64,000 bases of DNA from Epithemia pelagica. Its lineage: Eukaryota > Protista > Bacillariophyta. A model generated the notes under the pieces. The model saw only the letters and a list, made by a program, of their open reading frames with translations. It made no database searches and was not told the DNA's origin. Positions within the stretch are counted from its first letter, which is position 1; the number at the start of each line of letters is the position of its first letter. Shown in pieces: positions 63,983-64,000 of this stretch. The stretch is from assembly GCA_946965045.2 (NCBI GenBank), contig OX337228.1:2976001-3040000 (forward strand). Direction: 5' to 3'. The translations under genes were made by a program, and so were the position numbers.

Positions 63983-64000
63983 TATATTACATTTGCGGGA

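Overview
Gene-dense eukaryotic nuclear DNA, most consistent with a diatom (stramenopile); the species cannot be determined. Support for this: short GT-AG introns of about 65-185 nt, bipartite signal+'F' plastid-targeting presequences, a bZIP-PAS factor and plastid RbfA/FKBP. From about 5.1 kb to the end, the window is a run of about 26 mostly housekeeping genes: CaMKK-like kinase, COG0523/CobW GTPase, bZIP-PAS, TOM22, C2/U-box, DHFR, RRN3, FKBP, Popeye/cNMP membrane protein, MsrB-like, PH protein, DUF493, TMEM39-like, LarB, RbfA, proteasome beta5, NF-YB, LYR, SRAP/HMCES, TRPC4AP-like, ABC1 kinase, BCAT, Wee1, MDR-domain giant protein, RPL31 and unknowns. I rebuilt exon structures by hand and checked that they keep the reading frame. 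The first 5 kb is different. It holds a 5'-truncated IS630/Tc1/mariner-type transposase with a very long D-to-E spacer, followed by a compact set of three orphan-like genes: a SET-domain protein with an acidic tail, a basic TPxK-repeat protein and a small possible PH/RanBD-fold protein. This is the best candidate for an undescribed system (a transposon with chromatin-modifying cargo), but the left end lies outside the window, so membership in one element is unproven. Other highlights: an organelle-targeted nickel-pincer biosynthesis enzyme LarB, a stand-alone bacterial-type DHFR, a recurrent intergenic TAGGAGTA motif that forms inverted pairs, an 18-nt microexon and a GC-AG intron. I found no rRNA, tRNA or CRISPR features. 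All family calls come from recognising motifs by eye; no database searches were run.
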